Positions 7,671 to 16,415 of a stretch of 64,000 nucleotides of DNA are shown piece after piece; positions within the stretch are counted from its first letter, which is position 1; every line of letters begins with the position of its first letter. This DNA is from Vulcanimicrobiota bacterium. Its GTDB lineage: Bacteria; Vulcanimicrobiota; Vulcanimicrobiia; Vulcanimicrobiales; Vulcanimicrobiaceae. Both the position numbers and the translations under genes were made by a program. Where the stretch lies: positions 96,001 to 160,000 of the forward strand of contig CAWHWQ010000003.1 of NCBI GenBank assembly GCA_963833095.1, written 5' to 3'. Under the pieces are notes generated by a model. It was given only the letters and a program-made list of their open reading frames with translations. It did not search any database and was not told the DNA's origin.

Positions 7671-10318
7671 AATATCTCGCCGCGACGCTGCTGATCCTGG
7701 CGCTTCTCGTGCCCAGGAGCGTTACGGCGCAAGAGATGTTAACCGTCGCCTACGACAAAACAATACATCTCAGCGTGCCGGGAGCGACCTCGGCCTATGC
7801 GGTGAATCCGTCGATTGTGGAAGCCGGCATTGTCGGCGGTACGGTTGCGATCCGCGGCGTCGGCACCGGCGTGACCAGCGTCGTCGTCTTGATCGGCGGC
7901 GGAGCGGTAACGACTTTCGCAGTGACCGTGACGGGTGCACCCGTGGTGGAGCTTGGCATTGGCGGAGCGGCAGCGCGTTTTTCCGCGGGCGGAAGCTACA
8001 ACGGCACGTACAACTCCGAGGCCGGGTCCGTGACTAACGCGTTCGATCTGTGGCAGCAAGAGGGACAGACTTTTCGGCAGGTGCTCGTAACGGAGGCGAC
8101 GTTCTTGTCGCCGAGCGCAGGACAAGCCGGCAGTGGCTTCCCCGTGCTCAGCTACGAAATCAGCCGGCCCGGGCAGCGAATCGTCTTTCTCGACGATGTC
8201 GTGACGATCTCGCCGTTGACGTTTAACGAATCGCTCGTTCGCGGGTTCCACCTTCAACAAGGCCCGTGGACGTTCCATATCGGCGCCTCGTCGGTCGGCG
8301 TCTTCGGCTCGTACTTCATTCCTACCAATCCGCAGTGGATAGGCGGTGTGACGCGCGCGTTCAAAATCTCTAGCAGCAGCATGATCTCGGCGAACCTTTA
8401 CGATATCGTGAACGCTCCCGGCCTGGTCAGTTCCACGAACGGCGGCGTCATCGGCTCGCTGCTCTATACCTATCAACCTCAACCGCATTTCATCGTACAG
8501 GCCGAAGTTGGCCTGAGCCGCGCGATCGGCTTTGATTTTTCGACGGTCTATGACGATCGCAAGCAGCACGGCGATGCATCGCTGGTTGCGAAGCCGGCAA
8601 CGTTCGCGTCGCTTGCGACTGACGCTCAACAAGGGTTGTTCGGTAACGCCGATTACAGCCGAACGTTCAGCGACGCGCTCAATGTCAACGCAACGGTCTC
8701 AAAGAGCGATTACAACCTCCCGACGTTTCATGAGAATTCGCTTACCAGCCAGGGGAACGCGAACTATCGGCTCAAAGGAGACTTCTCGGTCGGCGCTGGC
8801 GTGCTCTACTCGAGCTTCGATTCGATCTATCCAACCGTCTTTAACGTACGGACGCTGGCGATTCCGCTCTCGATCGCTTATAACGGCAAGCATTTTGTAG
8901 CGGGCCTTCAGGATCAGCCGACGAGCGACTTTCAGGGAACGCGCGCTAACGGTTACGGTGCCAACGTCGGGCTAAACTACCCGCGTTTCCAAATCAGCGC
9001 GCTCTACCAGCACAGTGTCGATATCCCGACGGTGTCATCGCTGTTCAACCAGGTTCCGGGATTGCAAGGTGCTCTTGAACAAGCCGGGATTACGATCACC
9101 AACCCGTCGCAGCTTGCCGCCCTGCTCAACAATACTGCGTTGCTCGCCAGCTTGGGTTTCACCGGGCTGGAGTTGAACGTCGCGCCGGCCCAAAACAACA
9201 TCGGAGCCAACATAAACTGGCTTTTCCCGGGAAAATCGCGAGGGGAGCTAAGCTTGAGTTTCCTGAACAGCGATGCGCAGCTTACCCAGGGAGCGTTCGA
9301 TTTCCGCCTCGCGACGCTGACGTATCTACGCCGGCTGAACGCCTCAACCGATATGACGGCGTCCGTGACGACCCTGCGCAGCAGCGAGTATTCGTCGGCC
9401 GCGGGATCAGGCCGGAGCGCACCGTCGGTCAGCTCGCAGGTGTCCTACGGTCTAACGTTTTCGCACCGCTTCTCGTCGGTTCCGGCGTTTCTCTTCCCAA
9501 CCCGACGCGGCAACATCGACGGCTATGTCTTTCGTGACGACGATTCGAGCGGGAGATTCTCGACCAGCACGCCGGGTATCGGCGGGGTGGAGGTAAAGCT
9601 CGATGGTGAGCGTTCGACGCGTACCGACTCGGCCGGGCACTACACCTTCGCCGGCGTTCCTTATGGCACGCATCAGGTGGAAGCGCAGATTCCGAGCACG
9701 GCGCCTTCCTACTTCACGACGGAGTCGCCCGCGTTGGCGCAGATCGGAAGCCGAGTCGATTTCGGCGTGAATTCCGTGCAGGGGAAAATCATCGGGGACA
9801 TCGTCAATGACGCGGGCCAAGGGATTGGCGGTGTTGTCCTTGCGATCCAAGGGTCAAAGCTAAGTGCCACGACCGGAAGTGACGGCGAGTTCGCGTTCGA
9901 GGGCGTCGGCCCGGGCCACTACACCGTAGCGGCTTCGCCGGACTCGTTTCCAACGGGATACGATCTTTCAAGCTTGTCGACGATGACAACCGACGTTACA
10001 ACCGGAGTACCCAAGCCGTTGACGCTGTCGGTTCGCGCGCTGCGCAGTGTCTCCGGCACGGTCACGATGTTCGATCCACGCCACTCGAAGCTTGCGCCGG
10101 CAGCCGGAATCGAAGTGTCAATTCCGCAGCTCAACATCGTTTCGAAGACGGACGGCAACGGCGTGTACGCGCTTCGCAATCTGCCGGCGGGTTCGTATAC
10201 GGTCCAAGTCGGTCATGGATCGTCGGCGCAGCGCCGCGCGATCTCGCTACCATCCGATCCGACGACCTTGACCGCTGTCGATTTCCGCGTGACCGCGGAG
10301 CAACTCCCGCACCGTTAG
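7667..10318 (+). CDS. Outer-membrane usher-like protein: CpaC/RcpA-like N-domain, beta-barrel and three SdrD_B/carboxypeptidase-regulatory-like domains
   Basis: Signal peptide; NPSIVEA..VAIRGVGTGVTSVVV N-domain; long amphipathic aromatic-rich strand region; C-terminal GYVFRDDDSSG...TDSAGHYTF, TGSDGEFAF and TDGNGVYAL repeats; start overlaps the chaperone stop. Confidence 0.65.
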   Translation: MKYLAATLLILALLVPRSVTAQEMLTVAYDKTIHLSVPGATSAYAVNPSIVEAGIVGGTVAIRGVGTGVTSVVVLIGGGAVTTFAVTVTGAPVVELGIGGAAARFSAGGSYNGTYNSEAGSVTNAFDLWQQEGQTFRQVLVTEATFLSPSAGQAGSGFPVLSYEISRPGQRIVFLDDVVTISPLTFNESLVRGFHLQQGPWTFHIGASSVGVFGSYFIPTNPQWIGGVTRAFKISSSSMISANLYDIVNAPGLVSSTNGGVIGSLLYTYQPQPHFIVQAEVGLSRAIGFDFSTVYDDRKQHGDASLVAKPATFASLATDAQQGLFGNADYSRTFSDALNVNATVSKSDYNLPTFHENSLTSQGNANYRLKGDFSVGAGVLYSSFDSIYPTVFNVRTLAIPLSIAYNGKHFVAGLQDQPTSDFQGTRANGYGANVGLNYPRFQISALYQHSVDIPTVSSLFNQVPGLQGALEQAGITITNPSQLAALLNNTALLASLGFTGLELNVAPAQNNIGANINWLFPGKSRGELSLSFLNSDAQLTQGAFDFRLATLTYLRRLNASTDMTASVTTLRSSEYSSAAGSGRSAPSVSSQVSYGLTFSHRFSSVPAFLFPTRRGNIDGYVFRDDDSSGRFSTSTPGIGGVEVKLDGERSTRTDSAGHYTFAGVPYGTHQVEAQIPSTAPSYFTTESPALAQIGSRVDFGVNSVQGKIIGDIVNDAGQGIGGVVLAIQGSKLSATTGSDGEFAFEGVGPGHYTVAASPDSFPTGYDLSSLSTMTTDVTTGVPKPLTLSVRALRSVSGTVTMFDPRHSKLAPAAGIEVSIPQLNIVSKTDGNGVYALRNLPAGSYTVQVGHGSSAQRRAISLPSDPTTLTAVDFRVTAEQLPHR

Positions 10319-11565
10319 CTTTGCACGGACGATGAATACGCTTCGTCCAGCAGTTCGACGATGTGCTTGACCGTCGCTGGAATGCCGGCGGCGCGTAAGC
10401 CCGCAGCGACTTGCATCGCGCAACCGGGATTGGCCGTGGCAACGATCGTCGCGCCGGTTGCCTCGATGTTGCCGACCTTGCGCGCTTGGAGGCGCTGCGC
10501 CATGTCGGGTTCGGTGAGATTGTAGATACCGGCGCTGCCGCAGCAGACGGCGCTTTCATTCATCTCCACTAACTCGAGGCCGGGGATCTTTTCCAGCAGC
10601 CGGCGCGGCGCGGCGCTGACGCGTTGCGCGTGTACGAGATGGCACGGCTCCTGGTAGGTGACACGCGCATCGATTCGCCCGCGCGGGCTCGATAACTCCA
10701 TCGCGTCGAGCACCTCGGTAATATCGCGCACGCGAGAGGAAAAGGCTTGCGCGCGCTCTCGCCACGCAGGGTCGTCGTCGAGCCACGCGCCGTACTCCTT
10801 GAGCGCGCTACCGCAGCCGGCGGCGTTGACCACGTAGACGTCGGCGCCACTGCGTTCGTACGCAGCAATATTCACACGCGCGAGCTCGCGCGCGAATTCC
10901 GGGTCACCCGCATGGATGGCCAGTGCGCCGCAACAGCCTTGCGCGCGCGGAACGACCACCGAGAGATGTGCGCGATTGAGCATGCGGACCGTCGCTTCGT
11001 GTACATTGGCAAAGGCCACCTGCATCACGCAACCGGTATGCAGCATGGCCGTACCGGCAGCACGCGAGACCGCATACTGCTGATCCTCGGGGGCAAAGAA
11101 ACGATCGGAGATTTGCGGTGCAAGACGGACGCTGTCGCGCAGACCAACGAGCGACGCAAGCGCAGTGAGGCCGGTGCGCTGCGCGAAACGCAGCAGCGAC
11201 GCCGCGCCGCGCAGGCGCGACGGCTTCGCGAAAAGCCATTGGAGTAGGATGTGGCGTGTCGTGCGCGCGCTCGCCGAGCGCGACGGGGCGCTTGCGCGCT
11301 CGATTCGGGCCCGCATTTCTTCGAGCATTGGCCCGTAGGGAACGGCCGACGGGCAGACGGCCTGACAGGCACGGCAGTCCAAGCATTCCGACATTTGCTC
11401 GACAAACCCAGGGCTGAGCAGATCGAGCTCGCCTTCGTCGACCGCCTTGATCAGACTAATCCGACCGCGAGGGCCGGAGGTTTCTGTCATAGTCTCCAGG
11501 TACGTCGGGCAGGCCGGAAGGCATAATCCGCACCGAACGCACGCTTCGTAACCCGTCATCGCCAT
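10315..11565 (-). CDS. glcF: Glycolate oxidase iron-sulfur subunit-like (Fe-S)-binding protein
   Basis: CVRCGLCLPACP and CLDCRACQAVCP ferredoxin motifs; two CCG domains (GCCGALAIH, CCGSAGIYN); ANPGC. Confidence 0.8.
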   Translation of the reverse strand: MAMTGYEACVRCGLCLPACPTYLETMTETSGPRGRISLIKAVDEGELDLLSPGFVEQMSECLDCRACQAVCPSAVPYGPMLEEMRARIERASAPSRSASARTTRHILLQWLFAKPSRLRGAASLLRFAQRTGLTALASLVGLRDSVRLAPQISDRFFAPEDQQYAVSRAAGTAMLHTGCVMQVAFANVHEATVRMLNRAHLSVVVPRAQGCCGALAIHAGDPEFARELARVNIAAYERSGADVYVVNAAGCGSALKEYGAWLDDDPAWRERAQAFSSRVRDITEVLDAMELSSPRGRIDARVTYQEPCHLVHAQRVSAAPRRLLEKIPGLELVEMNESAVCCGSAGIYNLTEPDMAQRLQARKVGNIEATGATIVATANPGCAMQVAAGLRAAGIPATVKHIVELLDEAYSSSVQS

Positions 11566-11653
11566 CCTAATCACCAGCGCCAAGGGCCATCCCCTGCATG
11601 AGCGTGGATTCCCAGCGCGAAGGGTTAGGGTCACTATCTGGAGGTACACCTTC

Positions 11654-12745
11654 GTGGCCGAGACCGCCACCACCGAGTATAAGCTTTCGAGCGAATCCAA
11701 ACTCAAGGCGCTTACCGTCGAAATTCTTTCGAAGGTCGGCGTGGCGCGCGATCAAGCGCAAGTCGTCGCCGACGTGCTGGTCGCCGCCGATGAACGCGGC
11801 GTCGAATCGCACGGCGTAGCGCGCTTGAACTCGTATTACGTCGGTCGCATCCGCGGCGGCAAGCTCAATCCCAAGCCGAACTACGAGATCGTGCGCGAGA
11901 CCGAGACGACGGTGCTGTACGACGCGGACAACGGCCTCGGACATCCCGTCGGTAAGCTTACGATGGATGCCGTCATCGCCAAGGCGCGCAAGCATGGCTC
12001 GGCGTTCGGCGCGGTGCGCAACTCCAACCACTTCGGCATCGCCGGCTACTACGCGATGCTGGCGCTCGAACACGACATGATCGGCATGGCCTCGACCAAC
12101 TCGGTGAAATACGGCGCGCCCACCTTCGGCAAAGACGTATTGCTGGGTACCAATCCGCTCGCGTATGCGATTCCGGCAGGTAAGGAGCCGGCGTTTGTGC
12201 TCGACTTCGCCACGACCGTTGTCCCCAAGGGCAAGCTCGAAGTCTACAAGCGCAAAGGCTTGCCGCTCAAGGACGGCTGGGCCATCGACGAAAACGGCAA
12301 CGGCACGACCGACTCGGACGCCGCGCTGCGCGGCGCGCTCCTACCGCTCGGGGGTCTGGGAACCGATCACTCGGGACACAAAGGTTACGGCCTCGGCCTA
12401 CTCGTGGATATTCTTTGCGGTGTGCTCTCGGGCGGCGCGTTCGGACCGACGCTCCCGACGGTGAGCGAAAGCAAAGAAGGCGCGATCTCACATTGGTTCG
12501 GCGCGTTTCGCATCGATGGGTTCCGCGACGTTGCGCAGTTCAAAACCGACATGGATAAGGAGCTGCGTTATTTCAAAGAGAGCCAGAAGGCGCCGGGACA
12601 AGATCGTATCTACGTTGCCGGTGAGATCGAATACGAAAAGACGCTCGAAGCGCGCAAGAACGGCGTGCCGGTGCACGTCAAAGTCTGGGACGAACTCGAG
12701 AAGCTCAGCGGTGAGCTCGGGATCGCCTTTGATCTCGGCCGGTAG
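11654..12745 (+). CDS. Ldh_2 family (malate/L-lactate/sulfolactate-type) NAD(P)H oxidoreductase
   Basis: RGVESHG, RNSNHFGIAGYY, GTNPLAYAIP, VLDFATT, HKGYGL. Confidence 0.9.
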   Translation: MAETATTEYKLSSESKLKALTVEILSKVGVARDQAQVVADVLVAADERGVESHGVARLNSYYVGRIRGGKLNPKPNYEIVRETETTVLYDADNGLGHPVGKLTMDAVIAKARKHGSAFGAVRNSNHFGIAGYYAMLALEHDMIGMASTNSVKYGAPTFGKDVLLGTNPLAYAIPAGKEPAFVLDFATTVVPKGKLEVYKRKGLPLKDGWAIDENGNGTTDSDAALRGALLPLGGLGTDHSGHKGYGLGLLVDILCGVLSGGAFGPTLPTVSESKEGAISHWFGAFRIDGFRDVAQFKTDMDKELRYFKESQKAPGQDRIYVAGEIEYEKTLEARKNGVPVHVKVWDELEKLSGELGIAFDLGR

Positions 12746-12748
12746 TCG

Positions 12749-13210
12749 ATGAACGGCGGCCACGGGCATTCCGACGTCGATCTCGTGCACGTCAACGTCG
12801 CGTCGCCGGCCGGTGCTTACACGGTCGGCAACGCGTCGTTCTTTCGCTACATCGTGCGCTTGACCGAACTCGGGCTGCCCCTGACCGGCCTCGATCGCGA
12901 AGCAGTCGAAATCCTCGCCGCGATTCCGCATGCATTCGACGCCGACGACGACGTGCCGGCGCTCTCGGGCGCGGGCTGGCGCATCGTGCCGGCGCAAGGC
13001 GATTTGGATTGGCCGGTACTGGAAGTGACGCCGCGACGTCTGCGCACCGCGCTCGAACGCGCGCGAGCACTGCTGTGGAATCACGCCTCACGTTTTCCGG
13101 TTAGCGCCCGCGAAATCTCGGCCATCGAAGACGAGCTGGAATCGGTCTACGCAGTGCTTATGCGTGCTGAAGCTGCCGGCTTCGCGGTCAACGTTTCCTA
13201 CGTTTCGTAA
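12749..13210 (+). CDS. Hypothetical protein
   Basis: 153-aa ORF 3 bp after the Ldh_2 stop with host-like codon usage. Confidence 0.65.
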   Translation: MNGGHGHSDVDLVHVNVASPAGAYTVGNASFFRYIVRLTELGLPLTGLDREAVEILAAIPHAFDADDDVPALSGAGWRIVPAQGDLDWPVLEVTPRRLRTALERARALLWNHASRFPVSAREISAIEDELESVYAVLMRAEAAGFAVNVSYVS

Positions 13211-13217
13211 GCGGGCC

Positions 13218-13649
13218 TCAACAGCCTGAGCCGCTGCGGTGGACGGGGTCATAAAGAATGAGCCGAGCCCTGTTTACCCCTTGGCGAAAGCAGAATGCAA
13301 CGTCACTGTGGCTCGCTGATCTCGCGGCCGTCCAGGGCGGAGGATTAATCTCGTCGTCGCCGTGTTTTCTAAACTCGATGTCGAGCCATTGGCCACTTGC
13401 GATCGACACGAACTTCATGTAGAAGATCCTGTCCCCGCAATTACCCGGATTGAACGACGCCACCCGCTCGCCGACCGTCGGCAACACCAACGCAGCGGGC
13501 ATCGTCTTCATGCAGTGTCCACCATTCGGTATCGCCTTGATCACTGTCCCGGTGTTATTGTTGAACCACAGCTCGTCTGCCGAAACGTTCGCGAACGTAA
13601 ACACAAAGGCAACGAGAACGAGCGAGGAGATATACAAAGACGTTTTCAT
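13218..13649 (-). CDS. Small secreted Cys-containing hypothetical protein
   Basis: SD AAGGAG before ATG; signal peptide ending VSA; four Cys in the mature part. Confidence 0.65.
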   Translation of the reverse strand: MKTSLYISSLVLVAFVFTFANVSADELWFNNNTGTVIKAIPNGGHCMKTMPAALVLPTVGERVASFNPGNCGDRIFYMKFVSIASGQWLDIEFRKHGDDEINPPPWTAARSASHSDVAFCFRQGVNRARLILYDPVHRSGSGC

Positions 13650-13671
13650 CGCTTGCTCCTTACGGGAAGTG

Positions 13672-14022
13672 TTATTTTGCTTCAGAGACCTCAAAGGTGG
13701 ACGCGTCGCGCTGATGCATGTGGCACGTCATGCGATTTGACGACTCGTGCCAGACAGAAACGCGCTTGATCTCGCCTCCGGCGACCTCTGCTGCATACCT
13801 GCACCACGTTGTACTGCTTCGGCCTACGTCGAAGCGGAGCGGATGGCCCGGCTCGACCGCACAGCGAAAATAGACACCAAGGCTCTGACAATAGCCCGCC
13901 GGCATCGAGCCGATCAACTTCAATCCGCTCTGCGTGTAGACGGTTAGGTGGAGGATTTCACTTTGGGATGCGAGTGGCAGCAGCGCAAAGACCCCCATAA
14001 GAACCCAAGAAAGGAATTTCAT
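13672..14022 (-). CDS. Small secreted Cys-containing hypothetical protein
   Basis: SD GAGGGG; MKFLSWVLMGVFALLPLASQS signal; four Cys. Confidence 0.6.
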   Translation of the reverse strand: MKFLSWVLMGVFALLPLASQSEILHLTVYTQSGLKLIGSMPAGYCQSLGVYFRCAVEPGHPLRFDVGRSSTTWCRYAAEVAGGEIKRVSVWHESSNRMTCHMHQRDASTFEVSEAK

Positions 14023-14077
14023 AGCACGATTCCCCCTCGCAAGAGCAACGGACGGCTCTCTCGGTTGGTTCCCGAAG

Positions 14078-14965
14078 ATGATGAAGATTCCGCTGATCGG
14101 TGCGGGCGGCGAGCCGATCTCGTTCGTTCGCACGATCTTTTCGCATGGTTTGCCATTCTTGCCGCCCGGGCAGATCGATGAAGAGAAGAAGATCTACGAC
14201 CTTACCGTTCGTATCGGCGAACGTGTCCGCCGATTGCGCTTCGCCTCGGATGACGGTCAGTTAGACGTCGATCTCGACGGGCGCTCGAGCACGGCAGACC
14301 TGCGTGCCGCCGAGCGGATCACGCGCCGTGTCTTTCGCCTGGACCAAAACCTCGCTCCGTTCTACGCCACGATCGAGAATGACCCGCGACTGTCATGGGC
14401 GATCGGCGCGGGGCGATTAATCGCGAGCCCAACGGTTTTCGAAGACGTGATCAAGACCATTTGTACGACCAACACCACATGGGCCGGCACGCGGCGCATG
14501 ATCACCGCGCTGGTCGAACGCGGTGGCGGCGCGTTTCCCGATGCGGCGTTGCTCGCGAAGACGCCGGAGCGTTGGTTTGCCGATGTTGCCCGAATGGGGT
14601 ATCGCGGGCCGTACGTGCGAACGATCGCACGCGACGTCGCAGCCGGGCGAATCGACTTAGAAGCAATGCTGCCGAACACTGAGCGCGACGAGCTCGCGAA
14701 GGAAGAAATGGTGGAAGAAGCGCTGCGTGAGTTGCCCGGTGTTGGCCCCTATGCCGCTGCGCACATCATGCAGCTGCTCGGCTATCACCACCAACTGGTC
14801 CTCGACTCCGCAACGCGGCCGAAATACCTCGAACTGAGCGGCAAAAAGCGCGCTTCGGACAAGACCATCGTGCGCGCGTTCAAGCCATATGGGCCGTATG
14901 CCGGACTGGCGTTCTGGCTCTATATCACTCGCGATTGGATCGAAGACGTCCCCTTCGAGCGCTAA
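14078..14965 (+). CDS. HhH-GPD superfamily DNA glycosylase (AlkA/OGG1-like)
   Basis: SPTVFEDVIKTICTTN, MGYRGPY, HhH motif LPGVGPYAAAHI, then LDS. Confidence 0.8.
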   Translation: MMKIPLIGAGGEPISFVRTIFSHGLPFLPPGQIDEEKKIYDLTVRIGERVRRLRFASDDGQLDVDLDGRSSTADLRAAERITRRVFRLDQNLAPFYATIENDPRLSWAIGAGRLIASPTVFEDVIKTICTTNTTWAGTRRMITALVERGGGAFPDAALLAKTPERWFADVARMGYRGPYVRTIARDVAAGRIDLEAMLPNTERDELAKEEMVEEALRELPGVGPYAAAHIMQLLGYHHQLVLDSATRPKYLELSGKKRASDKTIVRAFKPYGPYAGLAFWLYITRDWIEDVPFER

Positions 14966-15053
14966 CCACTGAATATTGAAGACGCTGATGGCCCGGTGGG
15001 CTTCCGAATCGGTCGGACGCTTACACCGACGATTTGGGAAAGGCAGATAGCGT

Positions 15054-16307
15054 CTAGCGCACAAGCAGAACGCTTGCGATAAGCGCCGGGATCGTGATCG
15101 CGGCGCCGATGCGGAAGAATGTAAGCGGCCCGATGGCAAAGCCTTCGCGGCGCAAGGCGATGAGCCACAGCATCGTTGCGAGCGATCCGGTCACCGAAAC
15201 GTTCGGGCCGAGATCTACGGCGACGACGACAGCGTGCGCAAGCGTCGGCACGACGGGTGCCGATTGCAGCGCGAAACCGCTCGCCAACGCTACCGGCAGA
15301 TTGTTGAACAGATTGTCCGCGACGGTGATGACAAACGCGGCGAGCACATTTCCTCCCGCATAGCCCAACGTCTGCGCATGTTGGAGAAAGCCGCGAAGGA
15401 GATCCAGCACGCCGGCGCGGTCGAGCGCCGCGACCACAACGAACAAACCCGCCACCAGCGGCACGACCTGCCAGGCGACGTGCCGCGCCACAAACCGTGC
15501 TGCACTCCGTTCGCGTAGTGTGACGAACAACAGCACGACCGCCGCCGCGATAAGCGCGGTATAGCCCACGTCAACGCGCACGGCGGCGGCGACGAGTAAG
15601 GCGAGCGCCGCGGCGCCAATGGCGATCCCGCTCAATGCGGCAGCCGGCGATAGCGGCACCGGCGCGCCGTCCCGAAAACCCCAACGTAATTCGCCACGGA
15701 AGCAAAAGCGCAGCCCGAGATAGGTCACGAGTATCGCGGCAATCGCGGCGAGCCCGAACGCCCCCAGCCATACGTGCAGCGACGGTAGATGAGACCCGAA
15801 GACAACCAGATTGGCGGGGTTGGAGAACGGGAGCACAAACGAGGCCGCGTTCGCGACCAGGGCGCAGGCAAAAAGGTAGGGGAGCGGATCGGCGTCGGTG
15901 CGGCGCAGCGCGGCGGCAATGGCCGGGGTGAGGAGCACAGCGGTCGTGTCGTTGGAGAGCAGCGCCGTCACCCCCGCACCGACGAGAAAGAGCAGCGCGA
16001 AGAGGCGCCGCTGCGAGCCGCCGGCCGCGACCAGCGCATGCGACGCGAGCCAGTCAAAAAGGCCCTCGTTGCGCGCCAGCTCCGCAAGCGCCATGATCCC
16101 GACCAGAAAGGCATAGACGTCGGCCCCGCGCAGGATCGCCGCCCAAGCTTGGCGCGGCGCGATCGCGCCGATCAGGATCAGCAGAACCGCCGCCGCGACA
16201 GCCCAGACCCATTCTTGCGAGCGTTTCGGCCGAAGAATCATGCCCATCACGGCGGCGAGCGAAATAGCCAGAACCAGCCAGCTCGAAAGTGTCACGAAGA
16301 GGAGCAT
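15054..16307 (-). CDS. ArsB/NhaD (IT superfamily) transporter
   Basis: LLSNDTTAVLLTP, ANAASFVLPFSNPANLVV, NNLP, DLGPNVSVTGSLATMLW; about 12 TM segments; start uncertain. Confidence 0.85.
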   Translation of the reverse strand: MLLFVTLSSWLVLAISLAAVMGMILRPKRSQEWVWAVAAAVLLILIGAIAPRQAWAAILRGADVYAFLVGIMALAELARNEGLFDWLASHALVAAGGSQRRLFALLFLVGAGVTALLSNDTTAVLLTPAIAAALRRTDADPLPYLFACALVANAASFVLPFSNPANLVVFGSHLPSLHVWLGAFGLAAIAAILVTYLGLRFCFRGELRWGFRDGAPVPLSPAAALSGIAIGAAALALLVAAAVRVDVGYTALIAAAVVLLFVTLRERSAARFVARHVAWQVVPLVAGLFVVVAALDRAGVLDLLRGFLQHAQTLGYAGGNVLAAFVITVADNLFNNLPVALASGFALQSAPVVPTLAHAVVVAVDLGPNVSVTGSLATMLWLIALRREGFAIGPLTFFRIGAAITIPALIASVLLVR

Positions 16308-16415
16308 ACCCCACAAAGGCATTCGTCCACAGCCATTGTATATCCACAAACACTGATTTGGTGATGTGTGTGGCCTGTGGATGAGCGAGAGCGGCTACCT
16401 AGAATAGGTCGCTTG

